A stretch of DNA of 63,833 nucleotides from Deltaproteobacteria bacterium TL4 (GTDB lineage Bacteria > SAR324 > NAC60-12). The stretch covers positions 1-63,833 of the forward strand of contig JBBCAX010000144.1 of assembly GCA_051382335.1 (NCBI GenBank), read 5' to 3'. The notes beneath the pieces were generated by a model. The model was not told the origin of the DNA. It did no database searches and saw nothing but the letters and a program-made list of their open reading frames with translations. A program made the position numbers and the translations under genes. The stretch's first letter is position 1. Each line of letters opens with the position of its first letter. This document shows positions 19,266 through 28,494 of this stretch, one piece after another.

Positions 19266-21076
19266 ACATGCGTAGAACTCGTCTGATTTGGTATCTTTAT
19301 CCTTCCTACCTCTTAATCACCCTGATTGCGGTTCTTGCCGTGGGCTGGTATGCCTCGAAATCCTTCAGAACCTTTTATTTTGAACAAACCGCCTCAGCGT
19401 TGGCAACACAGGCCAAATTGTTTCGAAGCCGAATTATCAAGGAAGTGGTAAAAAAAAATTATGGACTCCTGGATCATTATTGCAAAGAATATGGCGAATT
19501 AACGCTCACTCGCTTCACCATCATCCTTCCTTCAGGGGTTGTGGTGGGAGATTCGTATGAAAACCCTGCTCTTATGGAAAACCATGCCGAGCGTCCCGAG
19601 ATTCAAAGTGCGTTAAAAACAGGACAAGGCCATGCAATCCGCGACAGCAGCAGCTTAAACAAAAAAATGATGAATGTCGCGATCCTCGTCAACTCGCCTG
19701 AAGAAACCTACGGAGTCATTCGCGCCTCCGTTCCTTTAGTCTCCATAGGACGAGCCTTGAGTGAACTTCATGTGAAAATTCTAATAGGCTGTGTCGTCAT
19801 CGCTGTCTTTCTGGCTGGTCTCAGTTTGGGAATTTCCCGTTTGATCAGCCGGCCCCTTGAGGAAATAAAAAAAGGGGCTGAACGGTTCGCGAAGGGCGAT
19901 CTGAATCATCGTTTGCCTCTTCCAAACACTGAAGAAACACGAGGTTTGGTCGTGGTCCTCAACGATATGGCGGCTCAGTTGGATGATCGTCTTTGCACGA
20001 TTGTTCAGCAGTATAATGAAAAAGAAGCCATTCTTTCAAGTATGATCGAAGGCGTTATTGCGGTAGACAGTAAGGCCCGGTTTATAAACATCAACCAAGC
20101 CGCCGCAAGCATGTTTGGGTTGGATCCCCTCGTGATCCGGGGGCGTTATTTACAGGAATTCATCCGCAACGTTGAACTGCAGCGTGTCGTCGTCAAAGCC
20201 TTAACGAGCCATCTTCCGCTTGAGAATGAAATTCTGCTGCTGGAAACACCCGCTCGTATTTTAAACGTTTATGGGACATCGCTTCGCAGTAGAGCTGGCG
20301 AACAGACGGGAGCGTTGATTGTGCTCCATGATATCACTAAAATCAGGCACTTGGAAACTATGCGCCAAGAGTTTGTGGCCAATGTTTCTCATGAACTGAA
20401 AACGCCTGTAACTTCCATTAAAGCCGCGATTGAAACACTTCTGGAAGGAGCAAAAGAGCATCCGAAGGACTTGGACTATTTCTTGTCAATGATTGAGCGT
20501 CAGGCAAACCGGATCACCGCGATTATTGAAAGTTTACTGGTTCTCTCAAAGCTGGAACAAGAGGAACGTGTGGATGTCGTTTTAGAACCGACCTTGCTTA
20601 AAAAAGTTTTGGAAACGTCGATTCATTATTGCAGTCAAAAGGCTTCAGAAAAAAACATTCAAATCCAACTTCAGTGTGCGGAGGATTTAGCTGTTGAGCT
20701 GAAACCTTTACTCTTTGAACAAGCCATCTCCAATCTTATAGATAATGCCATCAAATACAGTGAAGCTTCTACCTCCATTTCCATAGAAGCCCTAGCGAAA
20801 CAAGAGGAAATTCTGATTAGTGTTCAGGATCAGGGAAGTGGCATTGAGGAAAAACACCTTTCCCGTTTGTTTGAAAGATTTTATAGGGTTGATAAATCCA
20901 GGAATCGTAAAATTGGAGGTTCCGGTTTGGGTTTGGCCATCGTAAAACATATTTCACAGATCCATAAAGGACGTGTTTCTGTAAAAAGTATTCCAGGCAA
21001 AGGGAGCATTTTTACGATCCATCTGCCAGCTGCTCACTCCATGCGGAAGCCTGTTGATACTATTGTCGATTCTTAA
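19262..21076 (+). CDS. PhoR-like sensor histidine kinase (HAMP-PAS-HisKA-HATPase)
   Basis: MENHAERPEI sensor motif, EFVANVSHELKTP, FERFYRVDKSR, GGSGLGL; 4-nt overlap with the regulator. Confidence 0.9.
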   Translation: MNMRRTRLIWYLYPSYLLITLIAVLAVGWYASKSFRTFYFEQTASALATQAKLFRSRIIKEVVKKNYGLLDHYCKEYGELTLTRFTIILPSGVVVGDSYENPALMENHAERPEIQSALKTGQGHAIRDSSSLNKKMMNVAILVNSPEETYGVIRASVPLVSIGRALSELHVKILIGCVVIAVFLAGLSLGISRLISRPLEEIKKGAERFAKGDLNHRLPLPNTEETRGLVVVLNDMAAQLDDRLCTIVQQYNEKEAILSSMIEGVIAVDSKARFININQAAASMFGLDPLVIRGRYLQEFIRNVELQRVVVKALTSHLPLENEILLLETPARILNVYGTSLRSRAGEQTGALIVLHDITKIRHLETMRQEFVANVSHELKTPVTSIKAAIETLLEGAKEHPKDLDYFLSMIERQANRITAIIESLLVLSKLEQEERVDVVLEPTLLKKVLETSIHYCSQKASEKNIQIQLQCAEDLAVELKPLLFEQAISNLIDNAIKYSEASTSISIEALAKQEEILISVQDQGSGIEEKHLSRLFERFYRVDKSRNRKIGGSGLGLAIVKHISQIHKGRVSVKSIPGKGSIFTIHLPAAHSMRKPVDTIVDS

Positions 21077-21087
21077 CCTGAATGGTT

Positions 21088-21115
21088 GTCCCGTTTTGCT
21101 CGTCCCGTTTTGCTC
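21088..21115. repeat. Perfect 14-bp tandem duplication
   Basis: GTCCCGTTTTGCTC occurs twice in tandem. Confidence 0.9.
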
Positions 21116-21267
21116 GATCAAGGTTACGATGCCGATTAAAAATATTTACTGTTTTTTTTTGAGTCTTCTTGACAAGGCGCTTTGAATGAGGCTAAGGACT
21201 ATAAAGGAGGTCCTCTGAACCCGTACTTTCATCGTCTATTAGTATCTCCGCTATCTTGAAAAGGTGC

Positions 21268-21309
21268 CCACTTAATCCCCATGAGACTTGTCTCATGGGG
21301 GTTAAGTGG
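21268..21309. repeat. 20-bp inverted repeat / hairpin upstream of glgC
   Basis: CCACTTAATCCCCATGAGAC-TT-GTCTCATGGGGGTTAAGTGG, with one G-T pair. Confidence 0.85.
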
Positions 21310-21310
21310 A

Positions 21311-21401
21311 TAGACTCTCTGCCGTTAGGTGTTAGTTTTTTCTGCTTTGATATTGCTGGACTTTTTAAGGCTAATATCTTACACCTAACAGCAGATGCCT
21401 A
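21311..21401. repeat. MITE-like element with 15-bp subterminal inverted repeats
   Basis: TCTGCCGTTAGGTGT (21318-21332) vs ACACCTAACAGCAGA (21381-21395), one mismatch; bounded by TAG...CTA. Confidence 0.5.
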
Positions 21402-21510
21402 TTTTACGACGGCAACCGGTTACGTCAAAAATTAATCCACTCAAATTTAGACAGGTTTTGATCAAGCCTTCTGTCTTTGAAAAGCAGTAATTTGAACTAT
21501 AGAGGTCATT

Positions 21511-22737
21511 ATGAAAAAGGTTTTAAGCATGGTTTTAGCTGGAGGAGAAGGTCGGCGATTGGGCCCCTTGACTGAGATTCGTGCCAAACCTTCGGTGCCT
21601 TTTGGGGGAAGTTATCGGATCATTGATTTTGTTTTGAGTAACTTTGTCAACTCTGATTTGCATAAGATCTATGTTTTGACCCAATTCAAGTCACATTCCT
21701 TGATGAAGCATCTTCGGATGGGTTGGCGTTTTTCCGGTATAGCGGACCAGTTTGTGGATCCCATTCCCGCACAAATGAGAACGGGTAAAAAATGGTATGA
21801 AGGAACGGCGGACGCGATCTATCAAAACCTGAACCTGATTCATGATGAAGATTCTGAAATAATTTGTGTTTTTGGTGGAGACCATATCTACAAAATGGAC
21901 ATTCGGCAGATGATTCAGCAGCATGAGGAGAAAAAAGCGAAACTGACGGTTGCCGCAATTCCGGTTCCAGTAAAAGACGCGCATCACTTTGGCGTGATTC
22001 AGGTTGATGATGAGTGGCGAATGACTGGCTTTCAAGAAAAGCCTCAAGAAAATCCGGCCACTATCCCCGGAGATCCCTCCAGAGTCTTAGCCTCAATGGG
22101 AAACTATGTTTTTCAAACCAAATGCTTGATTGATGAGCTGAATATTGATGTGAACGTTGAAGAATCCTCCCATGATTTTGGAAAAAATATCATTCCGCGA
22201 CTTTTTCCCCAAGGCGAAGTTTTTGTTTATGATTTTTTTAAAAACAGAGTTCCCGGAAGTATAGAGGGGGAACCCGCCTATTGGAGAGATGTGGGTACCA
22301 TTGATTCTTACTGGGAGTCGAGTATGGATTTGATTAGCATCAAGCCAACGTTCAATCTTTATAATTCCAAGTGGCCGATTTTAACCTATACGCCTCCTTT
22401 GCCACCCGCTAAATTTGTGCATTTCAGTGATCTTCGGACAGGACATGCCATCAATTCGATCATCTCCCCTGGTTGTATTGTTAGTGGATCCCTGGTTGAG
22501 GAATCGGTGATAGGCTTCGGTGTGAGGGCCAACAGTTTCTCTCATATCAAGCAATCGGTCATCATGGATAACGTGGAAATTGGTAGAGGTTCAAAGATCA
22601 AAAAAGCGATTATTGATAAGGATGTTAAGATTCCGCCGGGGACGATAATTGGAGAAAATCCTGAGGATGATCGAAAACGATTTTTTACAACGGAATCAGG
22701 AATAGTTGTCATTCCCAAAGGTAAAATAGTCGAGTAG
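21511..22737 (+). CDS. glgC: Glucose-1-phosphate adenylyltransferase
   Basis: LAGGEGRRLGPLT, AKPSVPFGG, GDHIYKMD, ASMGNY, YWRDVGT. Confidence 0.97.
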   Translation: MKKVLSMVLAGGEGRRLGPLTEIRAKPSVPFGGSYRIIDFVLSNFVNSDLHKIYVLTQFKSHSLMKHLRMGWRFSGIADQFVDPIPAQMRTGKKWYEGTADAIYQNLNLIHDEDSEIICVFGGDHIYKMDIRQMIQQHEEKKAKLTVAAIPVPVKDAHHFGVIQVDDEWRMTGFQEKPQENPATIPGDPSRVLASMGNYVFQTKCLIDELNIDVNVEESSHDFGKNIIPRLFPQGEVFVYDFFKNRVPGSIEGEPAYWRDVGTIDSYWESSMDLISIKPTFNLYNSKWPILTYTPPLPPAKFVHFSDLRTGHAINSIISPGCIVSGSLVEESVIGFGVRANSFSHIKQSVIMDNVEIGRGSKIKKAIIDKDVKIPPGTIIGENPEDDRKRFFTTESGIVVIPKGKIVE

Positions 22738-22813
22738 CTTGTTCAAAAATGACGGCCCCAACTTTACCGTTTTGCCTCCTCTTCAACCGCAACGTGGGAA
22801 CGTTGAGTTAGAC

Positions 22814-22836
22814 GCGACGGCAAATGGAGCCGTCGC
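22814..22836 (+). terminator. GC-rich hairpin downstream of glgC
   Basis: GCGACGGC-N7-GCCGTCGC; no U-tract, and an IS end follows directly. Confidence 0.35.
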
Positions 22837-23074
22837 TTAGGAATGCCAAAAAATAACATAGAAACTTTTCAGTTTTTTGAAGGAACGGCAATATAGTTCC
22901 ACTTTGGTCAAAAACGATCTTCATATTTTCCTTAAATCCCTCTTGTACACTACCTAGGGACTGACATCCATTCCTTCCTCTTTCATGAGTTTCGAGATTT
23001 CAGGTGCTTTGAGATCCGTCCAAATCAAATCTTCTTTCATTGGGTCACCAGTGTTATATTTTTAGCATTCCTAA
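22837..23074 (-). mobile_element. Internally deleted ISAzo13-family element (MITE)
   Basis: IRs TTAGGAATGCCAAAAAATAAC / GTTATATTTTTAGCATTCCTAA. The minus strand retains transposase pieces TGDPMKEDLIWTDL...DVSP* and EGFKENMKIVFD / KWNYIAVPSKN*. Confidence 0.75.
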
Positions 23075-23075
23075 C

Positions 23076-24629
23076 CTATTTTTTTTCGATTTTCTTCATA
23101 CGTGCTTGTTTGAGAGCCCCGGCAACACTGACTGATGGTGTTGGAAAAGGGAGTCCATCCAACTCACCTTCTGCAATAAATTCCACTCTTGATAAAAACT
23201 GTCCTTGTGATGCCAGGAAATTCACGAGTTCCACTGTTTTTTCTGCCCCGCGATTCAGAGCTTCGCCCAAGGCAGGAGCATCCATAACCTCCAGGAGGTC
23301 TTTCATGGCGTCAGGATTGGTACGCAGTACAGTGCTCATCACTTTACCTAAAGGCGCCGCTTTCAAGCCTTTGGTCATGCCTTCAATAAAGGCGGTGTTT
23401 TGATCGAGCAGAATGTTCATGGATTTTGCCATTAACGCAGGATTCAAGTTTCCAACCAGGTCACTCAAAAAATTGGTGTTTTCCAGAAGAACCGAGTTTA
23501 AGGTAGTCCCCAGTGCTTTGACATCAAGACCTCGTAGTAATTTAGCCATAAACCGTGGATTTTCTTTGAGCAGAAAATTCAGTGCGTTTGCCAGAGACTC
23601 GGTTTCTAATTTTCCGACTAACGTTGACAAAAGTTGGGGGTTGTCTTTTAATAAAAAATTCATGCTTTCCGCAAGACTCGCAACATCTAATTTTCCCATC
23701 AACTCTGAGAGGAGTTTGGGGTGTTCGACTAGCAGCGTATTCAGAGAAATCGCAAGTTGATCCACTTCAAGGCCACCCACGACATTGGACAACAGTTGTG
23801 GCTGATCCCTGAGCAGATGGTTGAGTGAATTCGCCAGATATTGAGGATTCAAGCCACCGGCCAGCTCAGATATCAGTTTGGGATTGCTCTGGAGCAGATG
23901 ATTCATCGACACGGCAAGTTGTTTGATATGAAGTCCCCCGATCAGTTCAGCCATCAGTTTGGGTTGTTGTTCCAGCAGCATGTTGATCGACTGTGAAAGC
24001 GCGGGAATACTCAGCCCAGACATTACATTTGAGATTAAATCCGGGTGTTCCTCAAGAATAAAACTCATGGATTTCGCGAGGAGGGGGATATCAATACTTC
24101 CCACAAGGTCCGAGGCGAATTTTGTGTTTTCTTGAAAGGTCTCATTCAGCGCCTTTCCTAAGGAGGGAACATCCAGTGCGGAAAGGAATTCTCCGGCAAC
24201 ATTCGAATTATTTTTTAGCAGATTATTCACGACTGTCGCAAAGGCCGCCATATCCAGATTTGTAACCAGTTGACTGGAAAACTCCGGTGCCTCTCTAACC
24301 ACATTGTTGAACGCCTGAGCTACTAATTCTGGATTCAAATGTTTCACGTAACCTGTGAAAACATCAGGATTTTTTTCCAAAAAATGGTTGATCAATGTCG
24401 CGATGGCTTCCTTATCCAAACGACCTGGTAAATCTGAAAGCAGTTGAGGATTATCACGAAAATATTTATTGGCTGTTGGAACTACAAAAGTACCTGCGAA
24501 TTCTTCTACTTGCTTGTTCAACAGGCCTGTGACGATGACCAGAGGAATGATGACCACTATCAACAAAATGGTAAATATTTGAACGAGGTTTAAAAATTTT
24601 TGCATGGGGGGACTGATTAATATATTCAT
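23076..24629 (-). CDS. Membrane-anchored protein with 15 tandem 27-aa helical repeats
   Basis: N-terminal TM helix; repeat consensus (N/Q/H)PxLLSxLVGxLDxxxLAxSLNxLLxx; AAGGAG RBS. Confidence 0.85.
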   Translation of the reverse strand: MNILISPPMQKFLNLVQIFTILLIVVIIPLVIVTGLLNKQVEEFAGTFVVPTANKYFRDNPQLLSDLPGRLDKEAIATLINHFLEKNPDVFTGYVKHLNPELVAQAFNNVVREAPEFSSQLVTNLDMAAFATVVNNLLKNNSNVAGEFLSALDVPSLGKALNETFQENTKFASDLVGSIDIPLLAKSMSFILEEHPDLISNVMSGLSIPALSQSINMLLEQQPKLMAELIGGLHIKQLAVSMNHLLQSNPKLISELAGGLNPQYLANSLNHLLRDQPQLLSNVVGGLEVDQLAISLNTLLVEHPKLLSELMGKLDVASLAESMNFLLKDNPQLLSTLVGKLETESLANALNFLLKENPRFMAKLLRGLDVKALGTTLNSVLLENTNFLSDLVGNLNPALMAKSMNILLDQNTAFIEGMTKGLKAAPLGKVMSTVLRTNPDAMKDLLEVMDAPALGEALNRGAEKTVELVNFLASQGQFLSRVEFIAEGELDGLPFPTPSVSVAGALKQARMKKIEKK

Positions 24630-24690
24630 GATTTCTCCTTAGCTTGTAAAATAATGAAACAATGCGTGACTAAACCGCTTTGATTGAAAC

Positions 24691-24966
24691 TCATAACAGT
24701 CTTATCTTTGCCGATAAGGAACCAAATTTATCTCGGCCTTGAATAAGGCACTTTAAAGCATGACCGGTTAAGATTTTTTCCAAACCTGCCTGATCCAATT
24801 GTTCTCCTGTGATCAGATGTTCTCCCACCTTGACATCAATCATACGAATTCGCTCTTCACGTTGATAACGATGCCTATTCTCTTTGCCCAGGTGAGTTAT
24901 CCGTAGATTGAATGTTTGCCCATCTATCACATTGAGAAGTTGCCCATGTATCACTTCGGACATCAT
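24691..24966 (-). CDS. Small thermonuclease (SNase)-like OB-fold protein, degenerate
   Basis: NVIDGQTF, IRMIDV and GRDKFGSL resemble SNase VIDGDT, RLxGID and DRYGR; AAGGAGG RBS. Confidence 0.55.
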   Translation of the reverse strand: MMSEVIHGQLLNVIDGQTFNLRITHLGKENRHRYQREERIRMIDVKVGEHLITGEQLDQAGLEKILTGHALKCLIQGRDKFGSLSAKIRLL

Positions 24967-25118
24967 TGACCTCCTTGATTGCTCTGTGAATTTTTTTGAT
25001 AAATGTTTAAAAACTCCTTTGTTACTTTTCTGACATATAATTTTCTAGAATGTCAATGAAATACCGAAAGACAATAATTTTGGTGACGGGTTACTCACCT
25101 AAGGTGGGAAAACATTAT

Positions 25119-25307
25119 ATAGACGTTCATTTAAATAAATTCATTTGAGTCTAACCTGGACTGTGGAGTGCCAAAGCTTGCTTTGGCCAAAGCCAAAGAA
25201 AAGCCATCGCTTTTCTGGCCAAAGCAAGCTTTGGCACTCCTGAAACAGCGTTGTTTAAACGGATCACGTAACAGAATGAGTTTTCTGAATATGTTTAGAA
25301 CATCTAT
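25119..25307. mobile_element. ATAG-ended MITE-like element containing a perfect 25-bp inverted repeat
   Basis: Ends ATAGACGTTC / GAACATCTAT; inner GGAGTGCCAAAGCTTGCTTTGGCCA (25165-25189) is the exact inverse of 25216-25240. Confidence 0.55.
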
Positions 25308-25309
25308 GT

Positions 25310-25399
25310 GTAGGGTGTTTTAACCGGTAGGCGTAACGCACCAATAAGCATGGTATCATTCTGGTGCGTTACATTCGCAAGCTCACTCACACACCCTTG
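25310..25399. repeat. GTAG-type REP doublet, second (degenerate) copy
   Basis: GTAGGGTG...GGCGTAACGCACCA...TGGTGCGTTAC...CACACCCT, homologous to 548-637. Confidence 0.65.
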
Positions 25400-25446
25400 T
25401 CCATCTTAAGTGAGTGTGTTCGTAAATTGAGGAAATGCTCTGAAAC

Positions 25447-28440
25447 TCAAAAAGAACTTCCCGAGGTCAGATAGGTTTGAGAAACTCCATTTCGATTGAC
25501 GCCATAAGCGCTTCCAAAACGCAAATTAACGGGAACCCCATAAGCCCATATCAACTGAAAGTTAATTTCGAAACCAAAGCTGTTATGTGTCTCTTGAGGT
25601 TCATCGTCATTCCAGGCGTCACCACTGTCCATAAAGAATGTCCCATAAATTTGATGAATCCCCACAGGCGGAATCGTTACATGGCGCCCGATACGATAGA
25701 CAGGAAACCGCCACTCCAGGTTCCCGAGGATCATTCGCCGTCCCATTAAAGTGGACAACCCTTCTTCATAACCACGAAGCGAGTAATTTCGAATACTGAA
25801 CAGAGACTCCCCCAACCCACTGATGCCGGCATCCGTGAAACCGAATTGACTCCGAATCCCGCCCAGTTGAAAGGGACGAGGGGAATCATTTCCCCAGCCG
25901 AACACGAGACGCGAAACAAAAACGTATTGTTCCCCTAAAGAAATATAGTGACGTCCATCCAGGGTATAAGTTTGTCCTTGGAGGCTTGAATCTAAAGTTT
26001 GAGTATTTTCCGCTACCAAAACCAAGTTGCTGCCTTGACTGGGACTGACCGAAATTTCGTACTGTTTCAGGGAACTATACACTAAGGCTAAACCCAGCAG
26101 TGTTTCCTTGCGCTCCTGTGTTGAGTTTTCAAAAATCCCATAATTTTCGACAGGATCCGTTTGCTTCTCACGTTTATCCACCAAGGTTTCTTCGACTTGC
26201 AGGCCGCCCAATTGCAAGACCCATTGTTGATCCAACGTGATTGAGGGAAAGCTGAGTTCCACGCCATATAGGATTTTGCGTGTAAAGACTCTTTCTGCCT
26301 GGATTTCATCGTCAGACCCCTCCGTTGAAGGGGTTAGCGGTAACGTTAAATAATTCTCAGTAAATCGCAATTTAAGGGAAGGATCCCAACGGTCATAGAC
26401 GTACTCGACGGAAGTCAAAGGCCATTGGTTCATAAAATCATACGCCAAGGCTAAACCATAAACATGTCGATTCAAAGGATCGGATACCGCGACTATCGCT
26501 CCTAATTCTGAGCGGTTTGAACTGAAACTAAAGCGGGGCCACCAGGCGGTAGGAATCAGTCTGTTCCAAGGCGTATATTCCATCACTTCACTATCAACTT
26601 CCGGCGAGGGTTCAGGTGCCAGAGAAAGGCCAGACTCCAGGGAAGCGATTTCATCGGGGAAAAAAGTTGCGGATTGAGTTAAATCCAATTGATACAGGGA
26701 ATACCCCTCAATCCCATAATGGGAATAATACAAATGTTTGCCATCAGGGCTCATACAAGGATAAAATCCGCCCCCTACCAAGTTGCTTAAGGTCACAACC
26801 TGCTTTTGCTTTAAATTCATTTGTTGAAGGTTATAGACACCGCCATAGCTTGCGGTGAAAATGAGCGTTTCTCCATCACTACTGAAACGCGGATGGGCTT
26901 CAACATCTTTGGTTTGTGTCAACGGTGTCCATTTTTGCTCCTGCAAGGAAAACAGCTCCAAATTCCAACGGGATTCCTTTCGCCAGACCGATGCTGCCAA
27001 ATACTTTCCATCAGGAGAACTATCCGGGAAAGACACTACTTCCCCATCCTTGCCTTCCCATAACACGGCCTCAAGTTCGCCCTTAACGTTTAACTGATGC
27101 AGGGCGGTTTGTCCCTGTTGATTATGCAAGGCGTAAATTTTCTGCCCGTCCGAACTCCAAAGGGCATAACGATAACGCTTTCCATAGGTCAGTCGCGTCA
27201 GGGTTTTATCTGTGAGACTATAATGATAAAGATCCGCAAACAGGTTGACGTTGCGGACTAAATCCAATTGAGTCAGCAAAACACCCGCTTGAGGATGAAG
27301 ATCAAACCTGGTTTCCGCGTGAACTTCCAACACGGAAAATGGTTTGAGCGCGTTTTGGGGTAAAACCATCAATTGCGACGCACTTTCCAAATCATTTTGA
27401 AGGTAATAGAGATCTCCGTTCGGAAGCACCTGTGGCATGAGGTTTAAATAGGGCGTCATGATGATTTGTTTGCCTTTAAGAACTCCCTTTTGATAAATCT
27501 TGTCGATTTCAGGCTGAAATTGCTCACGAAGATAAACTAAAAATTCAGTCCATAAGTCATTCAGGTACTCATGAAAGAAACGAATCCTCGATTCTTTTCT
27601 GCCATCAGTCAGCGTTGCGTCCTCAAGAACATAATATTGTGTTTTCATATCCTTAGCAAAAACATCCTGAACCGTATAATTCAGCGCGAAGGGAATGAAG
27701 TTATAACTGTAAGCCTCAATCCACTCTTTGATTTTTCCCTCGCCATAACGTTCTTTTAAAAACTTAAAAAAATAGGAACCATAGAGATACCAGGCTCCGC
27801 GAGGCCAGGTGATCAAAGGATGATTGACCTGACTCATGGATTTTAAACCTGTTTCAAGCTCAATACGCATCATCATCCGAAAGTAATCCGACTGCCCTCG
27901 TCCCACACCACGAGACTCGTCGGTTTCTTTAAAGGTTGCAAACCCTTCTTTGATCCAATTAGGTTGAAACAGACCAGGAAATAAAAAGGGATCACGTCCA
28001 AAGACATTTCTCAACCGTTCTGGAAATCCCGACGCTTGATCCAGGTGAATGATATGCGTATATTCATGCGTGATCAACAACTCGAGCCAACCATCAATTT
28101 CCTCCAAGGACATCACATCGTCTGGGGGTGTAACGAACAAATACATAGTGTTTCGGGGAATCGGTGTTGCCGCGCCGTTGGAAATATCGACACGATCAGT
28201 CAACACAACATCCGTGTGTTCCGGCAAGTCTTTGAAAAAAGGGATCAGTTGTAAACGTACCCGCTCCGCAATAGCCGCGGTCTTAACAGCAAGATCTTTG
28301 ACTTCTTCATGAAAATGAATGGAAAAATGCCCGGTTTGCAGAGTTTGCCAATTGAGAGCGGGATCATAAGTATAGGCCGCATTCAAAATTCCCGGGAGGA
28401 ATAGCCAAAGACAAAATACAATAAAAATACGAGAAGGCAT
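25447..28440 (-). CDS. Outer-membrane protein: HExxH metallopeptidase-like, TolB-like beta-propeller and Omp85-like barrel
   Basis: Signal peptide; THEYTH...WIKEGFA; SSPDGK/FSSDGE/MSPDGK PD40 repeats; LRGY motif; C-terminal Phe. Confidence 0.8.
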   Translation of the reverse strand: MPSRIFIVFCLWLFLPGILNAAYTYDPALNWQTLQTGHFSIHFHEEVKDLAVKTAAIAERVRLQLIPFFKDLPEHTDVVLTDRVDISNGAATPIPRNTMYLFVTPPDDVMSLEEIDGWLELLITHEYTHIIHLDQASGFPERLRNVFGRDPFLFPGLFQPNWIKEGFATFKETDESRGVGRGQSDYFRMMMRIELETGLKSMSQVNHPLITWPRGAWYLYGSYFFKFLKERYGEGKIKEWIEAYSYNFIPFALNYTVQDVFAKDMKTQYYVLEDATLTDGRKESRIRFFHEYLNDLWTEFLVYLREQFQPEIDKIYQKGVLKGKQIIMTPYLNLMPQVLPNGDLYYLQNDLESASQLMVLPQNALKPFSVLEVHAETRFDLHPQAGVLLTQLDLVRNVNLFADLYHYSLTDKTLTRLTYGKRYRYALWSSDGQKIYALHNQQGQTALHQLNVKGELEAVLWEGKDGEVVSFPDSSPDGKYLAASVWRKESRWNLELFSLQEQKWTPLTQTKDVEAHPRFSSDGETLIFTASYGGVYNLQQMNLKQKQVVTLSNLVGGGFYPCMSPDGKHLYYSHYGIEGYSLYQLDLTQSATFFPDEIASLESGLSLAPEPSPEVDSEVMEYTPWNRLIPTAWWPRFSFSSNRSELGAIVAVSDPLNRHVYGLALAYDFMNQWPLTSVEYVYDRWDPSLKLRFTENYLTLPLTPSTEGSDDEIQAERVFTRKILYGVELSFPSITLDQQWVLQLGGLQVEETLVDKREKQTDPVENYGIFENSTQERKETLLGLALVYSSLKQYEISVSPSQGSNLVLVAENTQTLDSSLQGQTYTLDGRHYISLGEQYVFVSRLVFGWGNDSPRPFQLGGIRSQFGFTDAGISGLGESLFSIRNYSLRGYEEGLSTLMGRRMILGNLEWRFPVYRIGRHVTIPPVGIHQIYGTFFMDSGDAWNDDEPQETHNSFGFEINFQLIWAYGVPVNLRFGSAYGVNRNGVSQTYLTSGSSF

Positions 28441-28494
28441 CCGAAACCATACATCGAAGGTTAATAATCAAGGGAGAGACTCAAAAGCGCGTAT

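Noticed and set aside
21324..21389. GTTAGGT and ACCTAAC as integron attC core sites
   Set aside because: The order is reversed relative to attC (RYYYAAC...GTTRRRY); no integrase or cassette array is present.
23110..23812. Plus-strand ORFs inside the repeat gene
   Set aside because: Antisense shadows with no motifs.
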